From Candidatus Poseidoniales archaeon (GTDB taxonomy: Archaea > Thermoplasmatota > Poseidoniia > Poseidoniales > Poseidoniaceae), in the NCBI GenBank assembly GCA_028283345.1, contig JAPOGE010000001.1:1-56216 (forward strand): 56,216 nucleotides of DNA, in the 5' to 3' direction. Shown here one piece after another: positions 38,159 to 47,303 of this stretch; within the stretch, counting starts at the first letter, position 1; every line of letters starts with the position of its first letter. The notes under the pieces are model-generated. The model saw only the letters and a program-made list of their open reading frames with translations, ran no database searches and was not told where the DNA came from. The position numbers and the translations under genes are program-made.

Positions 38159-41100
38159 TTAGGCGACGAGGTCAGCATGGTCATCACCGACATCGGCATA
38201 TGATAATTCCATATCCCAGGTCATCTGCAAATCATGCGGCAGTTCGGGCCGGATTCGCCGATAAGCCCACCACCACGGCGCTTCGCCGCGGCGGCCGAAG
38301 TGTACTTGCATGGGTCGCAGTAGCCGGGCAATCTGTGCCAGGGCATCCTCGGCCGGTGCCATCACCCGAGCCCATATCTCAAGTTGATTTTCTTCACCAC
38401 CCACATTGCCGGCGGCTACCACTTCGTCTTCGACATCGGCGGCTTCATCGGCTTCATCGGCTTCATCGGGTTCAGCAGGTTCAGCAGGTTCAGCAGGTTC
38501 AGCAGGTTCAGCAGGTTCAGCAGGTTCAGCAGGTTCAGCAGGTTCAGCCGCATCGGCATCATCATCGGCACCATCGGTTCTCTCCCATCCCAGAACCGTC
38601 GCTAATCGGCGGATGAATTCCTTTTCGCCATCATTGCGGATATTCATCTGGAAGCCGCAACCGGCAAATTGCAACAGCCCACCTCGGTGGCGAGGAATGG
38701 TCATCTCCTCCTGTAGCGGCAGGGCTTGCAGGATGCGACTGAGCAGAGGAAAGAGGGTGGTCCAGCGCGGCGTCCTGATTCCGACTGGTCCAGCCTGCAG
38801 GTTGCCGGCGAATTCCAACTCTCGAAACGCCTCCTCGTTGCGGGCTAATTCTCCGAGCCGCTCAACCCTCTCGGCGAGTTCGGCCGGATCACCCAATTCA
38901 CCCAATTCACCCAGTTCACCTAATTCAGCCGGATCACCCAGTTCGGCCGGATCACCCAGTTCACCTAATTCAGCCGGATTACCCAGTTCGGCCGGATCAC
39001 CCAGTTCAGCGGGTTCAACCGCTTGAAATTCCGGAACCGGGTCACCATAGGGGGGGTTAGCAACGACATCGACGACAATTTCGACATCGGCATCATCTTC
39101 AACCTCAATATCAACTCGAACTTCGGGTCTCTGCGCCTGCTGTCTTCTCTCTCTATCCCTCTCCCTTGGGCCCAGGTAGTTCTGGATCGCATGGTCCAGT
39201 CGAACTTCGATATTTCTGATGGCATCGTCAGCATCGCCGCCAGCATCGCCAGCATCGCCAGCATCGCCAGCATCGCCAGCATTGCCGAGTCGCATCTGGA
39301 AATCGGGCCAGCGCTCGGCATTGACGCGCCAATAATCACGGATTCGCCCGAGATTCTGTCGCTGTTGCCGATAGTATTGCCGCCATTCGGGATTGCCGCG
39401 CAGAGGATGGTCATGATCGTGCCGGCCACCGCGGTGACGCCGTTCAGCGTACTCGGGATTGTCGGCTTCAAACAGGAATTGTTGCAATGAATCGATACGT
39501 TGCGCACTGCCGATATCATCCAACAGACTGAGAACGACCGAGGCGATAACATCACCGAGCGGCATTTTTCGCTTCCCTTGTTGGCCGGTATGAATACAGA
39601 GGTTGCGGCCACGCTCGCCATTGCTCTGGTCGGTCGGGTGCGCCCACCCCAGAATACTGAATGGCGCATTATGCGCGCCTTCTCGGGTATCGACCGCATA
39701 GGCACAACCACTACGGCCACGAATCATGATCTTTCTATCCTGCATACGCACTCGGTCACGATTGGCGTGACAGATATCACGCAGTAGACCTAAAGCACGA
39801 ACCTCGGGAGCGGACAAGCTCAGTTCGGGGCGGGTGTTCTTCCAGTTCCAGCGCAGTGCCATGAACAGGTTATGGTGGCGGCTTTCGGGGGGCGATAAAG
39901 CCCAACTTGTCAGCAGTGCCCACAGGCGGGGGTCGTGCGGCAAGGTCGTGCGAATCCAATGGCCATCCTGATTCAGCACCCGCAGTAAGATTGCCCCCTT
40001 TCTGGTACAGAATGATGAGCGGGAATCATCCATTAATTCGACCCCTTCTTCGCCGACTTTACGCCAGCGTTCAACCCATGGTTCATCCCCGGTCAAACCA
40101 TCCTCCCAATCTTCCGCGTGGATATGAAAGCCGGTGATGGACGAGTAGCCGCCGTAGCGGTGGGCATGAAGATGGTGATAGCGGTGGTGGAGGTCTGAAG
40201 GCTGTCGTGAAATCGGCCTTATCTTCTCCTCTGGAAGGCCGGGTAGGCTCCAGGACAACCAGCGCATCACTCCGGATAGCGGATTGCGACTCAGCGACAA
40301 ATCGAAGCCCTGGGCTTTCGCCAACATGATGTGGCGAAATGCTGTATGACTGGCATTGATCAAGCGCGCCATCGTCGTCGCTTGGCGCTCGGAGAATTTC
40401 AAATTCTCATCATCGATCAAGACCGACATCGTCGGAATCAGTTTCGGCCAATCGAATCTGGTCGGCGCAATACCGCCTTTCGGTCGGCGAGTCATAGCTC
40501 GTCTGAGTGCTTCGACCGGGAAATTTCCCGGCAAAGCCTGGCCATCGAGAAAAATCATTCTGCCGGTGATGGAAAGTAATGTGCCATCGTGTAATTCCAC
40601 CCCTCTCTGCAGAACTCGCAATTCATGTTTGGTGGCCGGTCGTGAAAGTGGGAGATTAGCGAAATACTGCTTCCACTCCACCAGTAATCTCCTCGCCTGT
40701 GCCGGTCTGACCAATCGTGAATCGGCGGGGGCTCCCAAGGGTGCTTTCCCGTCAGCACCGGTCCTATCGGCACCGCTGGAAGCACCGGTCGTGAGCCGGT
40801 CAGACTTGCCAGTGCCGGAAGTACCGGCGGCCTCGCCATCATCGAGGAGCGCCCAGCGCAGGTCATTGGTCGGGGAAAATTCTTCGATTATTCGCTGTAT
40901 TTTGGCACTTTTTGGCTTGTCATACAGTGGCTGAAAGAGATTACAGATTCTGGTATTTGCCCACCGGTTCGGCATTTTCCAGACAATTTCACCGAGAATT
41001 CCCTCGGTCACAACTTTACATCTATCGCACCAATTACTCCAGTTGACCCGCTTTCTCGGGGTGGCATGAATGGGCAGGACGGATTGGTTGGCTTGGCCCG

Positions 41101-41230
41101 TCTGTTCGGGCGGATTGGCCTGATTGACCGGATTGGACTGATTACCATTACCGGTTTGATTGGCTTGAACGCCCGATTTTTTATTTGTCGAATTTCTTTG
41201 ATTCTCTTTACACAGAGTACATATTGCCAT
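38159..41230 (-). CDS. Large hypothetical protein with N-terminal CxxC pairs and internal tandem peptide repeats
   Basis: 1023-aa uninterrupted ORF with an AT-rich upstream region; CTLC...CDRC; AEP, ELGDPA and DAG repeats. Confidence 0.8.
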   Translation of the reverse strand: MAICTLCKENQRNSTNKKSGVQANQTGNGNQSNPVNQANPPEQTGQANQSVLPIHATPRKRVNWSNWCDRCKVVTEGILGEIVWKMPNRWANTRICNLFQPLYDKPKSAKIQRIIEEFSPTNDLRWALLDDGEAAGTSGTGKSDRLTTGASSGADRTGADGKAPLGAPADSRLVRPAQARRLLVEWKQYFANLPLSRPATKHELRVLQRGVELHDGTLLSITGRMIFLDGQALPGNFPVEALRRAMTRRPKGGIAPTRFDWPKLIPTMSVLIDDENLKFSERQATTMARLINASHTAFRHIMLAKAQGFDLSLSRNPLSGVMRWLSWSLPGLPEEKIRPISRQPSDLHHRYHHLHAHRYGGYSSITGFHIHAEDWEDGLTGDEPWVERWRKVGEEGVELMDDSRSSFCTRKGAILLRVLNQDGHWIRTTLPHDPRLWALLTSWALSPPESRHHNLFMALRWNWKNTRPELSLSAPEVRALGLLRDICHANRDRVRMQDRKIMIRGRSGCAYAVDTREGAHNAPFSILGWAHPTDQSNGERGRNLCIHTGQQGKRKMPLGDVIASVVLSLLDDIGSAQRIDSLQQFLFEADNPEYAERRHRGGRHDHDHPLRGNPEWRQYYRQQRQNLGRIRDYWRVNAERWPDFQMRLGNAGDAGDAGDAGDAGGDADDAIRNIEVRLDHAIQNYLGPRERDRERRQQAQRPEVRVDIEVEDDADVEIVVDVVANPPYGDPVPEFQAVEPAELGDPAELGNPAELGELGDPAELGDPAELGELGELGELGDPAELAERVERLGELARNEEAFRELEFAGNLQAGPVGIRTPRWTTLFPLLSRILQALPLQEEMTIPRHRGGLLQFAGCGFQMNIRNDGEKEFIRRLATVLGWERTDGADDDADAAEPAEPAEPAEPAEPAEPAEPAEPAEPDEADEADEAADVEDEVVAAGNVGGEENQLEIWARVMAPAEDALAQIARLLRPMQVHFGRRGEAPWWWAYRRIRPELPHDLQMTWDMELSYADVGDDHADLVA
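38469..38548. repeat. 9-bp tandem repeat (GGTTCAGCA), about 9 units, encoding (AEP)9
   Basis: Seen directly; adjacent (GGCTTCATC)x3 at 38441-38467. Confidence 0.95.
38876..39012. repeat. Compound 9/18-bp repeat encoding (ELG)/(DPA) units
   Basis: Recurring GCCGGATCACCCAGTTC and ACCCAATTC units. Confidence 0.9.
39240..39282. repeat. 9-bp tandem repeat (CCAGCATCG), about 4.8 units, encoding (DAG)n
   Basis: Seen directly in the sequence. Confidence 0.9.
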
Positions 41231-41311
41231 TTTAACACATCTTTGGTTGGGGTCAGTTAAGGTTCAAACAGATTTGGATTTGAGGCTTTTCTCGCCTTTC
41301 CACATAGGATA

Positions 41312-41374
41312 TTATTCATTCACCCTATATGAATAACGAATTATTATCATCGAGCCACTTTAGTGGCTAGATGA
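41312..41374. promoter_or_regulatory. Two adjacent inverted repeats upstream of the 1023-aa gene
   Basis: TTATTCAT-N9-ATGAATAA (41312-41336) and TCATCgAGCCAC-TTTA-GTGGCTaGATGA (41347-41374). Confidence 0.45.
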
Positions 41375-41588
41375 AATAAATACACGGTTGCTTTCAGGTT
41401 TCGTCCTTTGAATCCTATTACTTTGATTCGGACGCTATTCAACTTGTTCAAACGAGTCACAAACGCTCATCTGAAACTCTCAGTTCTGTACTGCTGATTC
41501 CGGATACAGAAATGCTTCCAGCGCAGTTTCCTCTTCGCTTGCTCCTCGCGGTGCGTCCTCAGAATAATGATGCTGGGTTTAGGACGCA

Positions 41589-42611
41589 CTAACTTATCAC
41601 GGTAAAAGCAGCGATGGCGACCTCGATATCCGCATCATCGACATCGAGATGGGTCACCGCTCGTACGGTATTGGCGTCGGTATCGAAGAGTTGCACATCA
41701 TGAGCCGCGAGCGCAGCGACGACTTCGGTGGCAGTGGCCTCACACTGGATATAGCACATATTCGTCTGCACCTCGTCGAGATTGACCGAAAAACCACCTA
41801 ACTGGTTGACCTCGGTCGCCAGCCGCAGTGCCCGCTCATGGTCTTCGGCCAAGCGCTCGATATTATTCTCCAGCGCGTATATTCCGGCGGCGGCGAGATG
41901 CCCCGATTGACGCATTCCACCGCCGAACATCTTGCGCCAGCGATGGGCCTGGGTAATGGTTTCACCAGTTCCGACCAATAACGAGCCGACTGGCGCCCCC
42001 AGCCCCTTTGAGAGGCAGATGGAGATGGTATCACAATCCCTGACCATCCGAGCCGGCGAAACCCCGGTGACGACCACCGCGTTGAACAGGCGGGCACCAT
42101 CCATGTGCACCTTGCAGTCAGCATCGTGAGCAATGCGGCAGATCTCATCGATCACCGCTTGGTCATAACAGGCACCACCACCGCGGTTGCAGGTATTCTC
42201 CAGACAAACCAATGAGCCGTTGGGATAGTGCGACATCGACCCTTCTGACTTGCGAATCGCGGCCTTCACCTGAGACGGTGTCATCTGTCCACTGATACCG
42301 TCGACCAGAGCGATGGAAACACCGCACAGAGCCGCATATCCCCCACCCTCATAGACATAGATGTGGGCATTCCTATCGACGATTATCTCATCGCCGGGCT
42401 GGGTGAGTGTGCGTAGTGCCACGGCGTTGCTCATCGTCCCGCTGGGCACGAATAAGGCCGCCTCCTTTCCCAACATTTCTGCAATCCTGGCCTCGAGAGC
42501 TTGAACGGTCGGGTCATCGCCGAGAACATCATCTCCGACCTCGGCCGCACCGATGACTTCCCGCATCGCCGCACAGGGGCGGGTTATCGTATCACTACGC
42601 AGGTCAGCCAT
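41589..42611 (-). CDS. ltaE: Low-specificity L-threonine aldolase
   Basis: DLRSDT, GDDVLGDDPT, PSGTMSN, HMDGAR and CLSKGLGAPVGS motifs. Confidence 0.96.
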   Translation of the reverse strand: MADLRSDTITRPCAAMREVIGAAEVGDDVLGDDPTVQALEARIAEMLGKEAALFVPSGTMSNAVALRTLTQPGDEIIVDRNAHIYVYEGGGYAALCGVSIALVDGISGQMTPSQVKAAIRKSEGSMSHYPNGSLVCLENTCNRGGGACYDQAVIDEICRIAHDADCKVHMDGARLFNAVVVTGVSPARMVRDCDTISICLSKGLGAPVGSLLVGTGETITQAHRWRKMFGGGMRQSGHLAAAGIYALENNIERLAEDHERALRLATEVNQLGGFSVNLDEVQTNMCYIQCEATATEVVAALAAHDVQLFDTDANTVRAVTHLDVDDADIEVAIAAFTVIS

Positions 42612-42724
42612 CGTCTAGGCTAGGCTCTGTCAGTTATTACCTCTGCTCGCCATGGTGGCCAGCGACCACACCAACATCGGAGCAAATCAGCGCCGTGGTC
42701 GGTGAGGAGCAGGCGGTGACGAGT

Positions 42725-43081
42725 TCAAAGGAGTTTGAGATGCCCGGTCAACTCATCGATTTCCTCGGAACTCCCGGGGCCGACTGCCCCGACCGTCAAC
42801 GAGCCGGCGGGAATCTGGGTTCTCCCGGCGTCGTGCACGGTACAGGTCGGCAATCCCTTGCGCTTGGCCGCAGCGAGTAGTTTTTCGATTTCCTCGGCAT
42901 CCTGCGCCTTGACCACCACCTTGCGCTGACCACTGGATAGCCAGGCCTGCATCTGGTTGGGATGATGTTCGGCGGCATTGAGAGCCGCCTTGACCGCGGC
43001 GTGGCCGACCTGTGCGGCGATTTTCCCCTTACCCATCTTCAGCCCATGGTTGACCAGACAGAGTAATTTCACCTCTCCCAT
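42725..43081 (-). CDS. pth2: Peptidyl-tRNA hydrolase Pth2 (copy 1)
   Basis: KMGKGKIAAQVGHA, GQRKVVVK, DAGRTQI and LTGHLKLL motifs. Start at 43081, alternatively 43150. Confidence 0.93.
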   Translation of the reverse strand: MGEVKLLCLVNHGLKMGKGKIAAQVGHAAVKAALNAAEHHPNQMQAWLSSGQRKVVVKAQDAEEIEKLLAAAKRKGLPTCTVHDAGRTQIPAGSLTVGAVGPGSSEEIDELTGHLKLL

Positions 43082-43269
43082 CCCTCTCACCAGTGCCGAG
43101 TTTACTGTTTGCGGGGCGGTCAGACGATGAATCCACGAGCGCAGAGACATGCCACTGCGAGGGGTGATGTGACTTTAGGACAGCGGTTTTCCCACCATGC
43201 CAGTGATGAAGAACCTTTTAGCCACTTAGAAATAGGACCGGTCAGGCCTAGGGCCTTAGGGGTAATCCG

Positions 43270-45969
43270 ATGCGATTTGAGATGAAACGAGCACTGCTGA
43301 TTGTACTGATGATGATTTTTTCGACCGCCGCCGGCTGTCTTAACCCAACCGACGATGTGGAGGGATGTGTGGATGCCATCGCAACCAACTACAACGCTGA
43401 CGCGACCGTCGACGATGGTTCGTGTGAGTTCGCTGACTCGGACGGCGACGGCATATACGACCACCTAGAGGTTACTGGATGCACCGACTCCAACGCTTCG
43501 AACTACGCTGCCAACGCCACGGATGACGATGGCTCATGCACTTTCGCTGACTCGGACGGAGACGGCGTTATCGATTCCGATGATTCCTGTCCGTACACCC
43601 CGGCCACCGACGTGGTCGATGCCAATGGCTGTACCGTCATCCCCGATGCCGATGGCGATGGCGTCGACGACGACGTCGACGAATGCCCCAGTACTACGGT
43701 GGGCACTGATGTCGATGACGTCGGTTGCCCGGTACCGGTGGCAATCGAGGTCTCAATCGGTCTGTTGAGCCCGCAGAGCGGTGAATTGTCCGACCTTTCC
43801 GAGAGCATTGAAAGAGCCGCGAATCTCGCCGTCAACCACATGAATGATGGACAGTACGTCTACGAATTCACCCTGATTGTCGAAGATTCCGGCTGTGACG
43901 CGACCACCGCCGCAGCCGCGACACAATCCCTGGCCGATTCCGGGGTCAGCGGCATCGTCGGCCCGGCCTGTGATAACGCCGCCATGAGCGCCATGCAGGT
44001 GGCGATGAGCGAGAAAATCCCTCTGATCTCCTATGCCAGTTCCTCGCCGGCCCTCAGCACCGCGGTCGATGATGGCTACATGTGGCGGGTCGTCGCCAGT
44101 ATCGCATACGAAGGAATCGCCGCCGCCACCTGGGCGCAATTGGCTCAGATCACCAACCCTGCGGTGATGGCCAGGAATTCCACCGCCGAAGCGCCGATTG
44201 CCCAGGCTTTCATCGCCTCAGCAATGGCGGCTGGAATACAACTCTGCTACACTTCATTCTACTCCGATGATACCACCAACTTCTCTGCCGATGTAGCGGC
44301 CATCAAGGCCGCAGGGTGTGACGGCGTCTTCCTTGTTTCTGAATTCACCGACGGCAGTGCCATCATCGAGGAACTCGCCGCTCAGGAACTTCTCGGCGAG
44401 GATGGCATCACCGTGGTTGGGCATGGTGGTATCGGCGATGCTGATTTTGCTGATGAATTCGATAACCCCGGCTTGCTCGACGGTATCTACGGCTCGCGCG
44501 CCGCCTCCTCAGAGAGCACCCTCGAGGTGTATCAATTCATCCAGCGCTACCTGAGCGCCTACGGTAGCGACCCGGGAGAACATGCACCTGAGGTCTACGA
44601 TGCCACCACCCTGTTGATGCTGGCTGTCGGCCAAGCCGGGAGCACCGACGGTGAATCAGTCCGAGATGCTCTGATGACGGTTGGTCAGGAGCACGCCGGG
44701 GCGAGTGGGGATTTCTCCTTCTCAGACAATGGTGATGTTCCCGGGGCACATTTCGAGTTCTGGAAGTTCACCTGTGAGGACTGTGATGACGACGGTGTCG
44801 GCAACTTGCTGGCCTTCGAAGTGGTCGCCACCTGGAGCCCATATTCCGGAATCTGGGCGAATTGCCGCAGTGGTACGCCGCAGGTGCAGATCGGGGTTCT
44901 TTATCCCGCCACCGGAGCCGGTAGCGCCGGTAGTGAGAGTTTCCTCTACGGAGTTCAATTATCAGCCATGCTCATCAATGTCCAACAGCGAGACATATGT
45001 TTCATGGTCATCTCTGCAGATACCGAGGGAACCACAGCCGGTGCGGCCGCGGCGGCGCAGGAACTCATCGATGCCGGAGTGGTGGGAATCGTTGGCCCAG
45101 CCGATTGTGCCGAGACGATGGCTGCGACAGATGTTGCCGTAGCCGCGAAAACAACCATCATCTCCTATGCGTGCACATCACCGGAGTTGACAGATTACGA
45201 CGATGGCAGTGATACCTATGGTAATGGTTACCTCTGGCGCACCACCCACAGCGATGCTTGGCCAGCCGATGCCGCGGCTGATTATGCCGCTGAGAATGGC
45301 CATTCCTCGATTGCAGTTTATCGAACCGCCGATGCGGATGGCGACACCTTGGCCTCATCCCTGACCTCTGCGGTCGGCGGCACCTTGTGCGCCGACATCA
45401 CCTTCACACCAGGCTCGCTCGGCACCACCGCCGATGCGGTCGGTTGTGATGCGGTGGTCATCTTTGCCGATGCCGGCGATAGTGCGATGATTGTCGATGA
45501 CCTTGCGGCGCAGGGTTTCACCGGAGAAATCATCGGCAACGGGGCGATGGATAGTGATGAATTCAATGCCGCGGTAACCACCTCGACCGATAATATGGTC
45601 ATCGTCAGTTTTTCCGAGGAGAGTTTCTCCTCGACCCTCTCCAATGCCTTCGGTATTGCCTACATGATGAATTATGGCACCGCACCACCGGCTTTCTCCG
45701 CCGAGGCAGCTGATGGCGGTTTGATTATCGCGGTATCCTTCATCTTCGGCTATAACTCCGGCCTTTCAGCACAGACAAATAGCGAATACGTCAACTGGTT
45801 CATTCCCGCAATCGCCGATGAATATGCCGGCGCCTCCGGCTACCTGACCGTCGATGCCAACACTGGAGATATGCCGAGCAAGGGTCACTTCAACATCTTC
45901 CGCATGGTCTCGGGAACCCTCCAACTCGAGTATACCTGGGACCCTTTGAGTGGTTTAGATGCGGCCTGA
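43270..45969 (+). CDS. Lipoprotein with GCTD/TSP3-like Ca-binding repeats and two tandem LivK-type (PBP1) solute-binding domains
   Basis: Lipobox TAAGC; two GCxDxxAxNYxAxATxDDGSC repeats; DSDGDG repeats; IGLLSPQSG...ISYASSSPALS and IGVLYPATG...ISYACTSPELT. Confidence 0.88.
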   Translation: MRFEMKRALLIVLMMIFSTAAGCLNPTDDVEGCVDAIATNYNADATVDDGSCEFADSDGDGIYDHLEVTGCTDSNASNYAANATDDDGSCTFADSDGDGVIDSDDSCPYTPATDVVDANGCTVIPDADGDGVDDDVDECPSTTVGTDVDDVGCPVPVAIEVSIGLLSPQSGELSDLSESIERAANLAVNHMNDGQYVYEFTLIVEDSGCDATTAAAATQSLADSGVSGIVGPACDNAAMSAMQVAMSEKIPLISYASSSPALSTAVDDGYMWRVVASIAYEGIAAATWAQLAQITNPAVMARNSTAEAPIAQAFIASAMAAGIQLCYTSFYSDDTTNFSADVAAIKAAGCDGVFLVSEFTDGSAIIEELAAQELLGEDGITVVGHGGIGDADFADEFDNPGLLDGIYGSRAASSESTLEVYQFIQRYLSAYGSDPGEHAPEVYDATTLLMLAVGQAGSTDGESVRDALMTVGQEHAGASGDFSFSDNGDVPGAHFEFWKFTCEDCDDDGVGNLLAFEVVATWSPYSGIWANCRSGTPQVQIGVLYPATGAGSAGSESFLYGVQLSAMLINVQQRDICFMVISADTEGTTAGAAAAAQELIDAGVVGIVGPADCAETMAATDVAVAAKTTIISYACTSPELTDYDDGSDTYGNGYLWRTTHSDAWPADAAADYAAENGHSSIAVYRTADADGDTLASSLTSAVGGTLCADITFTPGSLGTTADAVGCDAVVIFADAGDSAMIVDDLAAQGFTGEIIGNGAMDSDEFNAAVTTSTDNMVIVSFSEESFSSTLSNAFGIAYMMNYGTAPPAFSAEAADGGLIIAVSFIFGYNSGLSAQTNSEYVNWFIPAIADEYAGASGYLTVDANTGDMPSKGHFNIFRMVSGTLQLEYTWDPLSGLDAA

Positions 45970-46106
45970 AAACGGCTTGAACCACCCTGATTCAGCCGCC
46001 CAGCCCACCAAAGCGGCCACAGCACCTTCAAGCAACTGGCCGGACATCAGCGCCAATTCCGTCAGCCCCCGGCGCGAGGCGTAATATCGGCCACCTGGTC
46101 CGGCGC

Positions 46107-46475
46107 TCAGGATAACAACGGCAATGAGCCGATGATGGCGTCGACCTCGTCGCGCTCGGCAGGCCCGATGGCGACCACGGTCACGGTACCAGCCGGTATC
46201 TCGGTATGCCCGGCATCACTGATCATCTCAGCCACCAGCCCGTCGGCTCTGGCCTCACCGTAAATCCGCTTCAAGTGCTCGAGGTTGCGAGCCACGACAA
46301 CGATTTTACGCGCCCCGTTCGCCCGCCAGTCAGCCAACTGTTTAGCAGCCACCTTCGATGAGGTGAAAGCCGCGTCAACCGCAGCATGAGCGGCTTGAGC
46401 GGCCAATTTTCCCTTTGATAATTTTAGGTCGGCGCGGGTGATGATGGCCATGGTCAATTGAACTTCACGCGCCAT
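46107..46475 (-). CDS. pth2: Peptidyl-tRNA hydrolase Pth2 (copy 2)
   Basis: RADLKLSKGKLAAQAAHA, GARKIVV and DAGHTEI motifs. Start reassigned to MAREV at 46475. Confidence 0.93.
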   Translation of the reverse strand: MAREVQLTMAIITRADLKLSKGKLAAQAAHAAVDAAFTSSKVAAKQLADWRANGARKIVVVARNLEHLKRIYGEARADGLVAEMISDAGHTEIPAGTVTVVAIGPAERDEVDAIIGSLPLLS

Positions 46476-46479
46476 GCCC

Positions 46480-47145
46480 TCACGCAACGTCAGTAGCAAT
46501 GACTTCGCTCGACACCTGTTGCTGAGGCAATTCCCAACCAGAGCGATTCAGTAGTAGATTCAGACTGGGAACCAACCACAGGGCAAAGGTGATATTTCCG
46601 AAAACGTGCAGAATGTCATAAGGAATTCCGGTCACGAGATAGGTGAAGAACTCCCCTGCATCAGCCAGGGTGGGCAATACCGAGAGCGAGACTATCCAAT
46701 CGAAGGCAAAGGCGGCGATGACTCCGGTGATCAGCAGGGGTCTAATGCGGAAATAGCCATCCTCATCGCGTAGAGTGGACGATAATTTGGCCCCAGCCAG
46801 CGCGGCTAAGGCCCAACCGAGCGCCTGAAAAACCGACCATGTACCACTGCCCAATTGCAGATTGGTGACTAAAGTTACCAAAAGAGCCAGACCGACACCT
46901 CGCCTCCAGCCCAGCAATGCCCCACCCATGATGACCAGAATGGTAACCGGTTGAACATTGGGTACCGATGCCAACACCCACCGCCCCAATATTGCCGCAG
47001 TGGCAAATGCGAGGAACATCATCCTCTGACGGGTGGCAACATCGACAACCCCCTTGCTCATCACTCGCAGGGCAACAACAAGGATCAGCAAGTCAATTAT
47101 CATCAAACTTGCAGGCCCGAGGACTGTCGCGTGGGTTGCCAACAT
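46480..47145 (-). CDS. ECF transporter S-component, CbrT-like (cobalamin)
   Basis: About 6-7 TM helices; LGRW...PNVQPVT, GTWSVFQALGW and GIPYDILHVFGN motifs typical of the CbrT family. Confidence 0.8.
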   Translation of the reverse strand: MLATHATVLGPASLMIIDLLILVVALRVMSKGVVDVATRQRMMFLAFATAAILGRWVLASVPNVQPVTILVIMGGALLGWRRGVGLALLVTLVTNLQLGSGTWSVFQALGWALAALAGAKLSSTLRDEDGYFRIRPLLITGVIAAFAFDWIVSLSVLPTLADAGEFFTYLVTGIPYDILHVFGNITFALWLVPSLNLLLNRSGWELPQQQVSSEVIATDVA

Positions 47146-47303
47146 TTGTTTCGCCTATCGGCGCACAGTAACAGCCACTTATTCACCATTGCCCAAATCC
47201 ACTACTCGGGACGACCAAACCGTGCCAACTCGGCAAATTGCCAGTTATTCCCGCCAATTGGTAGGACAAATCTTGAATTCACGATGTCGTGGCAGGAATT
47301 CCC

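Noticed and set aside
38441..39282. Repeat arrays as a possible CRISPR locus
   Set aside because: The units are 9-18 bp, contiguous, lack unique spacers and lie in frame in a CDS. No cas genes are present; the PD-(D/E)XK domains belong to the AddAB-like proteins.
47146..47303. Canonical cobalamin riboswitch
   Set aside because: Only AAGGGAA matches; I saw no GCCACTG or B12-box elements. It is kept only as a weak structured-leader finding.
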